A stretch of 64,000 nt of DNA from Eledone cirrhosa (GCA_964016885.1 OZ024741.1:207328001-207392000), one strand, 5' to 3'; counted from the first letter of the stretch, positions 39,794 through 51,850 are shown. Notes: generated from the letters alone by a model not told the origin. A program made the numbers and translations.

Positions 39794-40578
39794 GGGAAGA
39801 AAACGAACATGGAGGATATATCGTTATGGAATCGCTACCGTAAATTTTTGATTTTTACTTATTTAAAACAAGATTACAGTTTTAACGCTCAGCAAGCCAC
39901 AACGCATCACATTACGGCATAGGGCCCCAATATTTAATATTTAATTTTGGATCAGAAATGTTATAGTCGAAAAAGAGAAAAATGGCAAAATGGCTAAGTG
40001 GACAGACAGGCAAATAATTTCACCACCAACAACACCACCGCCACTATCACCACTACCACGCCAAAAACTCTAGTCAAGTTACCTCAACTTCTATTTCTAC
40101 TTCAACTTCAACACCGTCACTACAGTACTACATCACCACCACCACTGCCTCATTATCGCTACCGCCGCTATTCTCTCCCACTACCTCCTGCTAAGTACTA
40201 CTAACACAGCACCACCACCACTGCCTCATTATCGCTACCGGCGCTATTCTCTCCCACTACCTCCTGCTAAGACAGGCATCGTAGTATCCCCACTAAAAGA
40301 GGAAGGCATCAAAAGATATAAATAGACTGATTTGATGACCCGGTCAAAAAATCAAAAAAACAAAAATCAAAATCAAAACAGCACAGCAGCAACGAAAAAC
40401 GTAAAGAGAAGAAAAAAGAAAAGAAAAACAGACAGACAGAGAAGGAAAATAAAAAAAAACTAAGTCAGACATTCAAACATTACATTACAATGAAACTTAT
40501 GCTTATTCTTTTTTTTTGGGGGGGGGGGTATGGGGGGTTACCTATTTGTTTGTTTGTTTATTTATGTTCATCTACAGC

Positions 40579-43500
40579 GTGATAGTGCCACACTAAAATC
40601 ACCGGAGGTGATGAAATCACCGGTGGTTATGTAACCATACATTCACCAATCCTCGATAAGAGTGTTTAAATGTCGAACCTAAATAGTTCGAATAAGGGTG
40701 AAGTGGAGACTGGAATGTCATGTGATAGACTCTCACCCAACAGGTGCTCCCTGGCTCAGCAGCATGGACCTGGCAGTCAACCAAATACTGCTGGTGTCGG
40801 AGGAAGAAGAAGAAGGAAAGGGACCAGAACCAACTGGACGAAAGAATTGAATAGAACTGTTATGCAATGTTACCTGAAGAATAACCCCAAGGAGAAAGGC
40901 TATAGGAAACGGATGCATAACATCTGGAACGAGATTGGTCTATTTAAATTAGATGAACAAAAATTGACCGGGCAGGCTCGGGTAATAAGAACTAATGGGT
41001 GGATAAGCGAGCTGGAACTGGAGGAACTGAGCAGAGAGATTAGGTTGGAAATGGAGAGTGGAGTATGCCAGGCAAACGAGCCAGTGGGAAATGAAGGTGA
41101 AGAGGTTGAGAGAACGGAGGAACCATCCGAAGCAGACAATGATCTGAATGCTGAAATAAATAATACCTCGAACAAAGATACGGCCATTGAGGAGATGAAT
41201 GCTGACGGGCTAGGACAAGATTTGGTTGATATACTAAACTTAGTGGTAGATGAATTGAACAATGATAGTGGGAAACCTATGAACCTAAGATTTGTAGACA
41301 GGAAAAAGTTAAAAGAAACAACAGCTAAGGTAAACAAAGTCATCCCATACCTTGAACCTTCACCAGTGCAACAATATCCTCAAAGCAACAGCAAATGCGG
41401 TGAGAAAATTACTTGGCATAAAAGCGAGAGGAAACAACAAACAAGAAAGATCAGAACCTTGGTGGAAGAAACGACTGAATGGTCAAATCAGGGAAATGAG
41501 TAATGACATAGGAAAGCTTGAGTCCCTACTGAATGGGACACTAAAAATTGACTGGAAATAAAGTACAAAACTAGGAGGAAAAAGCTAAATATTATCATAG
41601 AGGAACTGAAGCAACGCATTGTAGCAAAGAGTGCAACAATTAGGCGATACGAGAGCAGAGTCAGTCAGTATAGACAGAACCGCATGTTTGACAACAACCA
41701 GATGTTGTTTGGACAGCTTGAATGGAAAGAAAGAGGCAACGACTTGATCCCTGAGGCGGAACAAACTAAGACATTCTGGAGAGGAATATGGGAGCAGGAT
41801 GTTAAACATAATGACCAGGCAGTGTGGATTGAGACAGTACAAAAGGAGATTAGTGAACAGGCACACAAACAAACTGATTTGAGTATCACAGTTGAAACTC
41901 TTAAGGGGCAGGCCAAAAGACTAATCAACTGGAAATCGCCAGGCCCAGATGGTGTGCAGGGGTTTTGGATTAAAAAAATAACATCCCTACACCCGAAACT
42001 GACAACCATGTTCAATGAGTGCTGGATGTCAGGTGAGGTACCAGAGTGGTTGACAAAAGGTACCACAGTTCTGGTAATGAAAGACCGAATCAAGAGTAAT
42101 GATGTTACCAACTATGGACCTATCACAGGTCTGTCCGTAATGTGGAAACTGTTGACAAGCATTGTGTCTGAGGAAATCTACCATCACCTGCACACAAAAT
42201 ACTTGTTACCGGACGAACAGAAAGGATGCCGAAAGAAGGCCCGTGGTACAAAGGACCAGTTACTTATTGATAAGATGGTAATGAGGAATTGCAAGAGGAG
42301 ACACACTGGTCTTGCCATGGGATGGATAGACAAAAGAGCATTTGACATTGTGCCTCATTCTTGGATCACCAAAAGCCTAGAGATCTTCAGGGTGGCAGAT
42401 AACATCAGACAGTTGTTGAGCAAAAGTATGAAGTCCTGGAAAACAGAGTTAACATCAGCTGGAGAATCCTTGGGAGGCGTGAAGATCAAGAGAGGTATCT
42501 TCCAGGGAGATAGTCTGTCCCCTCTCTTGTTTGTCCTTGCCCTGATGCCCCTGACCATTATACTGCGAAAAGTGAGAGCAGGATACAAGTTGGGAAAGGG
42601 ACAGCTTACCATCAATCACCTCCTCTTCATGGACGATCTTAAGCTCTTCGGAAAGAGTGAGAAGGAGTTGGATGTGCTTGTTGACACTGTCCGAATTTTC
42701 AGCAATGATATATGTATGCAATTTGGTATTAGTAAGTGTGGAGTCCTTGTGATGAAGAGGGGTAAATTGAGCAGAAGCAACGGAATCCAGGTACCAACAG
42801 GTGAGATAATAAAGGAAATTGACACTGAAGAAGGATACAAGTATTTGGGTGTTCTGGAGGCTGATGACATCAAGAACAAAACAATGAAGGAATTGATAAG
42901 ATCTGAATACATTCGGAGAGTAAGGAACGTATTAAAGTCACATCTGAACGGTAGGAATGCCATAAGTGCAGTAAATTCCCGAGCTGTGTTTATTATTAGG
43001 TACAGTGCGGGAATTCTGAGATGGAATGTTGCTGAACAAAAAGAAATGGATAGGAAGACTAGGAAGCTATTGACTATCTACAACATGTTCCACAAGAGGA
43101 GTGATGTCGATAGACTCTACTTAAGGAGATCTGAAGGTGGAAGTGTTTTTATCAGCATAGAGGACTGTGTTTAGATGGAGAAAAACAACCTACACAAATA
43201 CGTGACCTATATTAAGGAGCTAATGCTCAGAATTGTACTGAAGAAGAGGACAATAGACCAGGGGATGTCCAAGGAGGAAATAATAACAAGAAGAAAGAGC
43301 AGCCTTCATGAAAAATCCCTTCATAGTACCTTCTTTGAGAAAACGGAATTCAGAGATCCACAGACATGGAACTGGTTGAAAAGAGGAGACCTTAAAAAGG
43401 CTACAGAAGGAATGCTAATGGCTGCGCAAGAGCAGGCCCTCAAAACGAAGTGGCTGGAACACCATATTTACAAGGAGGAGGCTAGCCCACTGTGCAGGAT

Positions 43501-44160
43501 CTGTGGAGAGAGAGAGGAGACTGTGACTCACGTTGTATCCGAGTGTAAACACCTAGCCCAGACTCACTATAAAGGCTGGAGACATGATGTGATGGGCAGG
43601 GTGATCCACTGGCACCTATGCAAAGTAAACAATTTACCACATTTTGAGAAGTGGTATGAGCATAAGCCAGAGTCGGTGATAGAAAACGATCAGGTGAAGG
43701 TGCTATGGGATTTTAGGATACAGACGGAAAAGAAACTGGAACACAATAGTCCTGACCTGGTGGTTTTGGACAAGGAAAAGAGATCGTGCCTGATTGTGTA
43801 TGTGGCCTGCCCATTCGACACGAGAGTGCAAGAGAAGGAGGGGGAGAAAATTAACCGACCCCAGGACTTAAAGTGGGAGGTAAAAAGGATTTGGAACTGC
43901 CATGAAGTCAAAGTGGTTCCGATTGTCATAGGCGCACTAGGTACTATCTCAAGGAGTTTCCAGGGATGGTTAAAGAAGATTAGTCCAGCCCCGCTTTTTT
44001 TGGTACACTTCAAAGGGCATGCTTGCTGGGAACAGCAAGAACCCTCCGATACGTCCTGAATATCTGAGGCTGCAAGTTGCAGCTTGATATTCATTTCAAC
44101 AAACTTTCCAGTTAAATAACATCAAAGACTGAGACTCAAAGAACAATAATAATAATAATA
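40579..44160 (+). mobile_element. Disrupted second copy of the 31.5-kb R4/Dong family
   Basis: ORFs 40670-41503, 41684-43174 and 43175-44059 are colinear with the 1127-aa protein. (TAA)n tail. Confidence 0.92.
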
Positions 44161-44342
44161 AGTGTTTCTACTTTAGGCACAAGGCCAGCAAATACCCAGT
44201 GCATTACTGGTACTTTATTTTATCGACCCCGTAAGGATGAAAGGCAAAGTCAACCTCGCCGGGATTTGAACTCAGATCGTAAAGGGACGTAACTATGCTG
44301 GAAAGCATGGCGTCCGACCCTCTACCGATACTGCCAATCCAC
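44160..44342 (-). mobile_element. SINE in the tail of the R4/Dong element
   Basis: Full SINE with TSD tcaaagaacaataataataataa. Confidence 0.9.
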
Positions 44343-44371
44343 GACATCAAAGAACAATAATAATAATAAGA

Positions 44372-47052
44372 GAGACTATGAAGGAATTAAAGCGAAAGAT
44401 ACTGAATGAGCTTGCAGTAGTAAGACACTCTAGTATAAATGATAGAGAACCCCTTCAAAAACTCCCAAATACAATTCAAAATAGAAAACAAATAATGATT
44501 AGTAATTCTGTGACAAAAGAAATCATAGAAGAACTAGAACCTGATCTTACTGAGCTAAATAAATCATGTATGCATCTGCTAGAGTAATTGAAACAAGTTT
44601 TTTACTACAAAAAAAAACAAAAAAGTTGAACCTTCGAGGTAAACCAATTTCGAGGAGTAGAAAAGGAGATTGACGTAATGAGAGGAGAAATATCTTTATT
44701 GAGTGAGTTAACCGCTGGAAATGATATAAGATCCAAGAAGGTAAGAAAGCTAAAGAGAAAGTATGAACTGTCTTCTAGAGAAGCAATTGTTTCAACAAAA
44801 GAATCTCTGAAACAAAAAGTCCAAGTAAAAGCCCAACGAATTCGTAGATTCGAGAAGCGGAACAACTTCTACAGGCAAAATAAGTTGTTCTCATCCAATG
44901 CCAAGTCATTTTATAGAGGAGTAGGGAAGGAAAAAATAATTATTGATTTAGAAGAACAGGCGTGGGAAGACATCTTTATAGCGGGCAGCACTCAGTAAAT
45001 CTTATAAATGGAAATCTCCTTGTAGAGACAGGGTGCCAAATTTCTGGCCTTCCTCACTCATAATATATTGGTCAAGCTGTTTAATGGAATTATGAAAGAT
45101 CCAAAAAATACACCTGATTGGATAGCAAGTGGCATTACCTACCTTCTACGAAAGAACAACGAAACCAAAGATCCAAAAACTATCGGCCCATAACATGCTT
45201 GTCCAGCACTTATAAACTGTTAACCTATATTCTCATGGAAAAAGCATACGTGTTTTTGGAGGAGAACAATCTTTTCCCCATTGAACAAAAAGGGTGCCGA
45301 CGAGGTTCATATGGCTGCAAGATCAACTTTTGATTAATCGTATGATCCTTGAGAGCTGTCATAATAAACACAAAAATCTCAGTTCTGCATGGATCGATTA
45401 TAAAAAAAGCCTTTGACAGCATACCACACTCATGGATTCTGAAATTACTGGACATCTTCAAAATCTCACCTGTGATCTCAAACTTCCTGAAGCACAGTAT
45501 GTCATTATGGAACACAAATCTTCAATTGTCTCATTCCACTGGGGTACTGTGATCTAGGAATATAAACATCAAATATGGTATATTCCAGGGTGACTCATTT
45601 TAACCCTTGATTTTCTGCATAGCTTTAATACCCCTTACATCCGAGCTTAATAGAACAGGGTACCGTTATAGAATTGACAAAAAAAAAATAAGCCACTTAT
45701 TTTATATGGAGGATTTGAAGCTATATTGCAAAGACAATGACGAACTGGTAGGCCTTTTACGCACAGTAAAAATGTTTAGCGATGACATCAGGATGGAGTT
45801 TGAACTTGACAAGTGTGCAAAAGCCACTTTCAAGAAGGGGAAGCTTGTCAACTCTACTCAGTTGAATTAGTTGCTGAAACAATCATAAAAGAACTTGAGC
45901 AGGAACAAACCTATAAATACTTAGCGATTAATGAGGGCTCTGACATACAGCATGCTAGTATGAAAGAGAGGATACGGAAAGAATGTTACGTGCAGAATGC
46001 TACGTGCAGTTCTGGGATCAGAACTAAACGCTCGTAACAAGGTGCTAGCCATAAATTCCTTGGCAGTCCCAGTTGTCACTTCAGTGTGTTGAACTGGAAT
46101 ATGAGTGAAATCAAAAGAATCGACACCAAAGTCCGTAAGCTACTGACCTGTAATAGGATGCACCACCCAAAAGCAGATGTGGATCGTCTTTACCTTCCTA
46201 GAACTCAGGGAGACCGTGGCCTGATCCAATTTGAACTTGCTTACAAGACCACCATCATTGGACTGGCCAAATACCTTGAAACAACTAACGACTATATGCT
46301 GAAACTTGTTGAAAAGCGTGAGAGAAGTAAGAAGCTTCATTCTATCTTGAAGGAGAGCAAAAAATATGCTACTGATCTCATGCTGGACAGACTAAAGAAA
46401 CTGATGCAACTGATGCTGCTAGGCACATAAAATCACTGGCAAAAGCAAAAGGGCAAGGACAATTAACATCAAATTGGGAGCAGAAACCTCTGCATGGCAA
46501 ATATGTGGCCCGTAGCAAACAAGCTGATGTTGACCAAAAGCACACCCATCAGTGGCTACGTAGTTCAGAGCTAAAGGCGGAGAGTGAAGGCTTCATCTTA
46601 GCTGCCCAAGATCAAAGCTTATTGACTCGTAATTACCAGGCCAATATGATGAGAAACGGAATAAACCCAAAGTGCCGATTCTGCAATGGTGGGGTTGAAA
46701 CAGCAGATCACTTAGTCTCCGGATGTAAAGTTTTAGCACCAGTAGAATACAAATATAGACATGACAGAGTTGGCCAATATCTACACTGGGTAATATGTCG
46801 GCATTACAAAATCAAAGCTGAAGACAAGTGGTACAACCATCACCCTGAGGCTGTAACTGAAGGAGAAGAAGTAACAATTCTCTGGGATTTTCCTGTACAT
46901 ACTGACAGGACCATAAAAGCAAATAGACCTGACATCATTATAAAAGATCAACATAACAAGGTCTGTTTTTTTATAGAAATGAGCATCCCATGTGATCACA
47001 ATATCGCGGCAAAGGAGTTTGACAAGCTACGAAAATATAAAGATCTGCTTAT
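44372..47052 (+). pseudogene. Third R4/Dong-type family, heavily decayed and truncated at both ends
   Basis: Fragments NYRPITCL, EQKGCRRGSYGCK, FYMEDLKL, HHPKADVDRLY, CRFC..H...C, RHD, RPDII. Confidence 0.88.
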
Positions 47053-47465
47053 TTTGATTTCAATGATGCTTATGTTTGTCGGGAGAGTTCTTGGTGCTGG
47101 TGGGGTGTAGTAGTTTTTTTTTTGTGATGTCTGTGTGCTGCTTTATATATTGTATGAGTTCTTTATTTGTCATGTTTATGGCTGTGTACGTTATGGGGAG
47201 AAGGGTGATTTTGTTGCTGTGTGTGTTTTGTTGTGTTTGCGATGTTGGTGTTGTTGGTGATGTTGGTGATGGTGTGGTTGTTGTTGGCGCTGGTGCTTGT
47301 GGTGTACTGGTGATGGTGGTGGTGTTGCTGCAAGTCTCCTTGCAGCCTTTAAATCGTATATATAGCATATAGCATATATAGCATATTGGCATCTGTTATA
47401 TATAGGAATCAGTTGATTTCATATCAACTAACTCTTTTTTCACTGATTAATATATATATATATAT

Positions 47466-48002
47466 CGTCGGTCATAGCACTAGAAGAGGTAAATATTTAA
47501 ATCGTATATTAATTTATTTAAAAGATTGTTTAATGTTTACTTGTTCCGCTCATATTTACAGTTCTGGTATCTCAAATTAGTACCATGGAACAACCACTAT
47601 TATAGACACCATATATTTCCGTGGGTACTTAGTACCTACTGGAATATCTATATCATTTATCTGAATTCTCCTTAATGTTGAGAAAAAAATGTTGTATCAT
47701 GCTGCTGTTTCTAGTAACATGAGATATCAACGAGTCTATTATTCCCGCTTTTTCTAACGGCCCGTTTGTGTCGTGGTAATTTTAACGGCTTGCTTAATTC
47801 ACCGGGCAGAAAGCGATACATCCACATCTACGTGGATTTATATCTAGTAGGTTTGGAAAAGCTATCTGAAGAGCTTTATCTTTCCATTGGAAATTCTCTG
47901 AATTTCAAATCTTTTGATTAGCGAAACCGTCGGTCATGGCACTAGAATATTTAAATGGTATTTTAATTTATTTAAAAGATTGTTTAATTTTTACTTATTC
48001 CG

Positions 48003-48005
<3 letters not shown>
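47466..48005 (+). mobile_element. Retrozyme-like element R1: one 462-bp unit plus terminal redundancy, between (TA)n tracts
   Basis: cgtcggtcat(a/g)gcactagaa...ccgctcatat occurs at 47466 and 47928. The repeat starts in the 3' half of a hammerhead. Confidence 0.75.
47861..47940 (+). ncRNA. Type I hammerhead ribozyme (R1)
   Basis: GCTAT-CTGAAGA-GCT...AGC-GAAA-CC-gtc-GG-TC-ATGGC (ATAGC in the other copy). Predicted GUC cleavage after 47935. Confidence 0.8.
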
Positions 48006-48091
<86 letters not shown>

Positions 48092-48231
48092 AGAAACACA
48101 GTAAACCGTGTGTCTAGTCTAAAATTACAAGGGTTGAAAAACCACATTTGTTTGAAATATTTAACCAAGAAGCAGACAGAATGATAAAATAAAAATATAT
48201 TATTATACAAACCGCCTCAATAACCATTATA

Positions 48232-48311
48232 TCTCTCGGACAGATTATCCCTAATCTGTTTCGCCCTGAGTGCGTTTGTAACAGATAATCCTGGGCATCA
48301 TCAGCGAGAGA
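48232..48311 (-). ncRNA. Canonical type I hammerhead (R2 unit 1)
   Basis: TCTCTCG-CTGATGA-T-GCCC...GGGC-GAAA-CAGATTA-ggga-TAATCTG-TC-CGAGAGA. Stem I 7 bp, stem III 7 bp plus A-U, GUC triplet. Confidence 0.92.
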
Positions 48312-48699
48312 ATCTGATTAAATGCAACAAACACTATTTGCCAACGTTCACACAGAAAGATGAATTTGTCACCTCGTGCGCCGCTAGTCAAACGTGGTAA
48401 GCGCGTATTGAATAGAAATAACAGTCCAACACACACAACTTAATATGCTCAACTTGTGAGGGAGCAGAAATATATATGAAAATTAGAGTTAAAACTCCAA
48501 TTGGAACCCTGTAACTATTAAGCTCCAAGTATAAAAATACTGAACCGATTAATAATATATAGTAAGAAACACAGTAAACCGTGTGTCTAAAATTACATGG
48601 GTTGAAAAACCACATTTGTTTGAAATATTTAACCAAGAAGCAGACAGAATGATAAAATAAAAATATATTATTATACAAACCGCCTCAATAACCATTATA

Positions 48700-48779
48700 T
48701 CTCTCGGACAGATTATCCCTAATCTGTTTCGCCCTGAGTGTGTTTGTAACAGATAATCCTGGGCATCATCAGCGAGAGA
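48700..48779 (-). ncRNA. Canonical type I hammerhead (R2 unit 2)
   Basis: Same motif 468 bp downstream; the only difference lies in loop II. Confidence 0.92.
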
Positions 48780-49167
48780 ATCTGATTAAATGCAACAAAC
48801 ACTATTTGCCAACGTTCACACAGAAAGATGAATTTATCACCTCGTGCGCCGCTAGTCAAACGTGGTAAGCGCGTATTGAATAGAAATAACAGTCCAACAC
48901 AGACAACTTAATATGCTCAACTTGTGAGGGAGCAGAAATATATATGAAAATTAGAGTTAAAACTCCAATTGGAACCCTGTAACTATTAAGCTCCAAGTAT
49001 AAAAATACTGAACCGATTAATAATATATAGTAAGAAACACAGTAAACCGTGTGTCTAAAATTACATGGGTTGAAAAACCACATTTGTTTGAAATATTTAA
49101 CCAAGAAGCAGACAGAATGATAAAATAAAAATATATTATTATACAAACCGCCTCAATAACCATTATA

Positions 49168-49247
49168 TCTCTCGGACAGATTATCCCTAATCTGTTTCGC
49201 CCTGAGTGCGTTTGTAACAGATAATCCTGGGCATCATCAGCGAGAGA
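49168..49247 (-). ncRNA. Canonical type I hammerhead (R2 unit 3)
   Basis: Same motif 936 bp downstream. Confidence 0.92.
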
Positions 49248-49784
49248 ATCTGATTAAATGCAACAAACACTATTTGCCAACGTTCACACAGAAAGATGAA
49301 TTTGTCACCTCGTGCGCCGCTAGTCAAACGTGGTAAGCGCGTATTGAATAGAAATAACAGTCCAACACACACAACTTAATAAGCTCAACTTGTGAGGGAG
49401 CAGAAATATATATGAAAATTAGAGTTAAAACTCCAATTGGAACCCTGTAACTATTAAGCTCCAAGTATAAAAATACTGAGCCGATTAACAATATATAGTA
49501 AGAAACACAGTAAACCGTGTGTCTAAAATTACAAGGGTTGAAAAACCACATTTGTTTGAAATATTTAACCAAGAAGCAGACAGCTTCGTCACAGTGGCGT
49601 GAATAGGGTTATCGACAACTAGAAACAGCAGTCAAATCCTTTCAACAGAGTTAGCTCTACAATTAAGGAGCCGTATTTATATATCTATATCCAAAATTGA
49701 TGATGTGTATTTCTAGTAGATACAGCACGTCTTGCTGGCCAGTCACTGATTTGAACTTGAAGTGTAAACATAGATAGCTGGACT

Positions 49785-49879
49785 TCTTCCTTGTTGAAAA
49801 TCCAAGTACCGGCCTCCATGGTTTACCATTCGATTAATTGGTGAAATATATTTCTTTAATGGAATATATACAGGGAAGA
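49785..49879 (+). ncRNA. Type I hammerhead with U3-A8 variant core (R3 unit 1)
   Basis: TCTTCCTTG-TTGAAAA-T-CCAA...TTGG-T-GAAA-TATATTTC-tttaat-GGAATATA-TA-CAGGGAAGA. Stem I 9 bp, stem III 8 bp plus A-U. Confidence 0.78.
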
Positions 49880-50330
49880 TTAATCATATTATAAGGTATC
49901 TATTTTTGAAGTTCTGGTTAACTTTATTTAGTTACCTACCTAGCTATGTGTGCTTACACACTTGTAAAAATTATCTCCTGTGATTATTCATGTTTATTTA
50001 TATGTTAATCAATTTCTAGTTATTATAAAATGCTTGGATCTATTCGTTAGAATCTTAGAGCTTATTTTGCAGGTGATATGGCGCATCTCTTTCTGGCATG
50101 ACACCCATAATTTTGATTATCTTAATTTTGGATATAGATATATAAATACGGCTCCTTAATTGTAGAGCTAACTCTGTTGAAATGATTTGACTGCTGTTTC
50201 TAGTTGTCGATAACCCTATTCACGCCACTGTGACGAAGCTGGTATGATGTGCGTATTTCTAGTAGATGCAGCACGTGTTGCTGGCCAGTCGCTCATTTGA
50301 ACTTGAAGTGTAAACATAGATCGCTACACT

Positions 50331-50425
50331 TCTTCTTTGTTGAAAATCCAAGTACCGGCCTCCATGGTTTACCATTCGATTAATTGGTGAAATATATTTC
50401 TTTAATGGAATATATACAGGGAAGA
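50331..50425 (+). ncRNA. Type I hammerhead with U3-A8 variant core (R3 unit 2)
   Basis: Same motif 546 bp downstream. The single stem I change (C to U) retains pairing as U-G. Confidence 0.78.
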
Positions 50426-50566
50426 TTAATCATATTATAAGGTATCTATTTTTGAAGTTCTGGTTAACTTTATTTAGTTACCTACCTAGCTATGTGTGCT
50501 TACACACTTGCAAAAATTATCTCCTGTGATTATTCATGTTTATTTATATGTTAATCAATTTCTAGT

Positions 50567-50636
<70 letters not shown>

Positions 50637-50696
50637 GACGTAAAATAAGAGAATTTTAAAAAAATTTAAAAAATTAACTTACTTACTAAAATTTTC

Positions 50697-50778
50697 ACTC
50701 CAACTAATTAGTTTCTGCAATGGGATAAAGACAGTTACGTAATATAACCGTCGAGAATTCATTGCGTCATCAGGGAGT
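50697..50778 (-). ncRNA. Type I hammerhead with extended stem II, in an element starting at (TA)n about 50631
   Basis: Exact reverse complement of 61439-61520. Confidence 0.82.
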
Positions 50779-51850
50779 CTATTCTCAGCTAAGTCTCCAG
50801 GCAATGCGCGGACACTGGGGACTCATATAAAGATAATAATAATTCGGTAGATGGAACAGCTAGCGGGGACTGGATTCCATGCACTGAAAAGCTCGCTGTC
50901 TTTGGTCAAATGGCAGATTCTAAAGAATCAATCACGTGACACTGAGGCTAGTCGGAAGGAGTGGGATGGTAAGATGACAGAAGCCTACTACCACACCAAT
51001 AAATTAGTAGTGGTTTTGGCAGGTTTGCTCAACAAATAAATAATTTGGAGATAAATATAGAGAATTTAGTATATATATATATATATAAGACGGTTAAAAT
51101 GGAAACAGAATTAAAGTTAAAAAGAAATATAATGTCAACAGCAACACACTCGCAAGCACTCACACACACAGCATATGCAATTCCTGGTTTACTGGTATAT
51201 ATTATATATGTGTATGTATGTATGTTTGTATGTATATATATGTGTGTGTGTATGTGGAGGTTCTGTGTGTGAGTGTATTTGTGTACGGTTATGTTATTAG
51301 ATATAGGTACATAAATCTAGGAAGTACTCTTTTAGTTCATCTAAGCGAGTCATCTAATCAGTGACCAGCTTTATATCTGAACATTATCATTTAATGATAG
51401 GAACTACCGTTCCTGTAGAAATTTGGCGGATTTGATCTGGAGACTCAAAGATACGCAAACCAAGTTTAGGATGTGTTGGAGTATAATTAGACACGCGTCG
51501 CCTCATTCATCGTTCTAAAGGAGGTGCCGACTCTGTTTAGCGGAAGCCCTGGAAATTACAAAATGAAAATAAAAAAAAGAACCCAGTAAACCTTAAATCA
51601 GAAATAATACTCAGATGCAGACACATTCGACAGTCAACATTCTCGGCTCTATGCTTCACGCAATAGAACCCAACAAACGAAAAACCAGTCGTACATGAAA
51701 TATACCAATCACTGGACGACACTATGCTCTAAGCAATCTCTAGGAACCACTCTATCCTATTGTTCATATTCTTCTGTTGTATTTCATTATATTCTAATTC
51801 ACGAACTACTAATACTGCTGTTTTGCTATTATATTATTATCATTATTATT

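Larger units (their letters stand above)
48089..49583 (-). repeat. Retrozyme-like tandem array R2: about 3.2 near-identical 468-bp units
   Basis: Period of 468 seen directly and in the ORF track (48388/48856/49324). One hammerhead per unit. Confidence 0.92.
49581..50572 (+). repeat. Retrozyme-like tandem element R3: 546-bp unit x about 1.6, with a 5' inverted segment (49581-49698), ending in (TA)n
   Basis: 49700-50026 is repeated at about 50245-50572. 49581-49698 is the reverse complement of 50124-50241. Confidence 0.85.

Noticed and set aside
48089-49583. Regular repeats as a CRISPR array or a repeated small gene (96-aa and 61-aa ORFs)
   Set aside because: Whole 468-bp units repeat with no unique spacers, the context is eukaryotic, and the ORFs lack any recognisable motif. 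The hammerhead explains the unit better.
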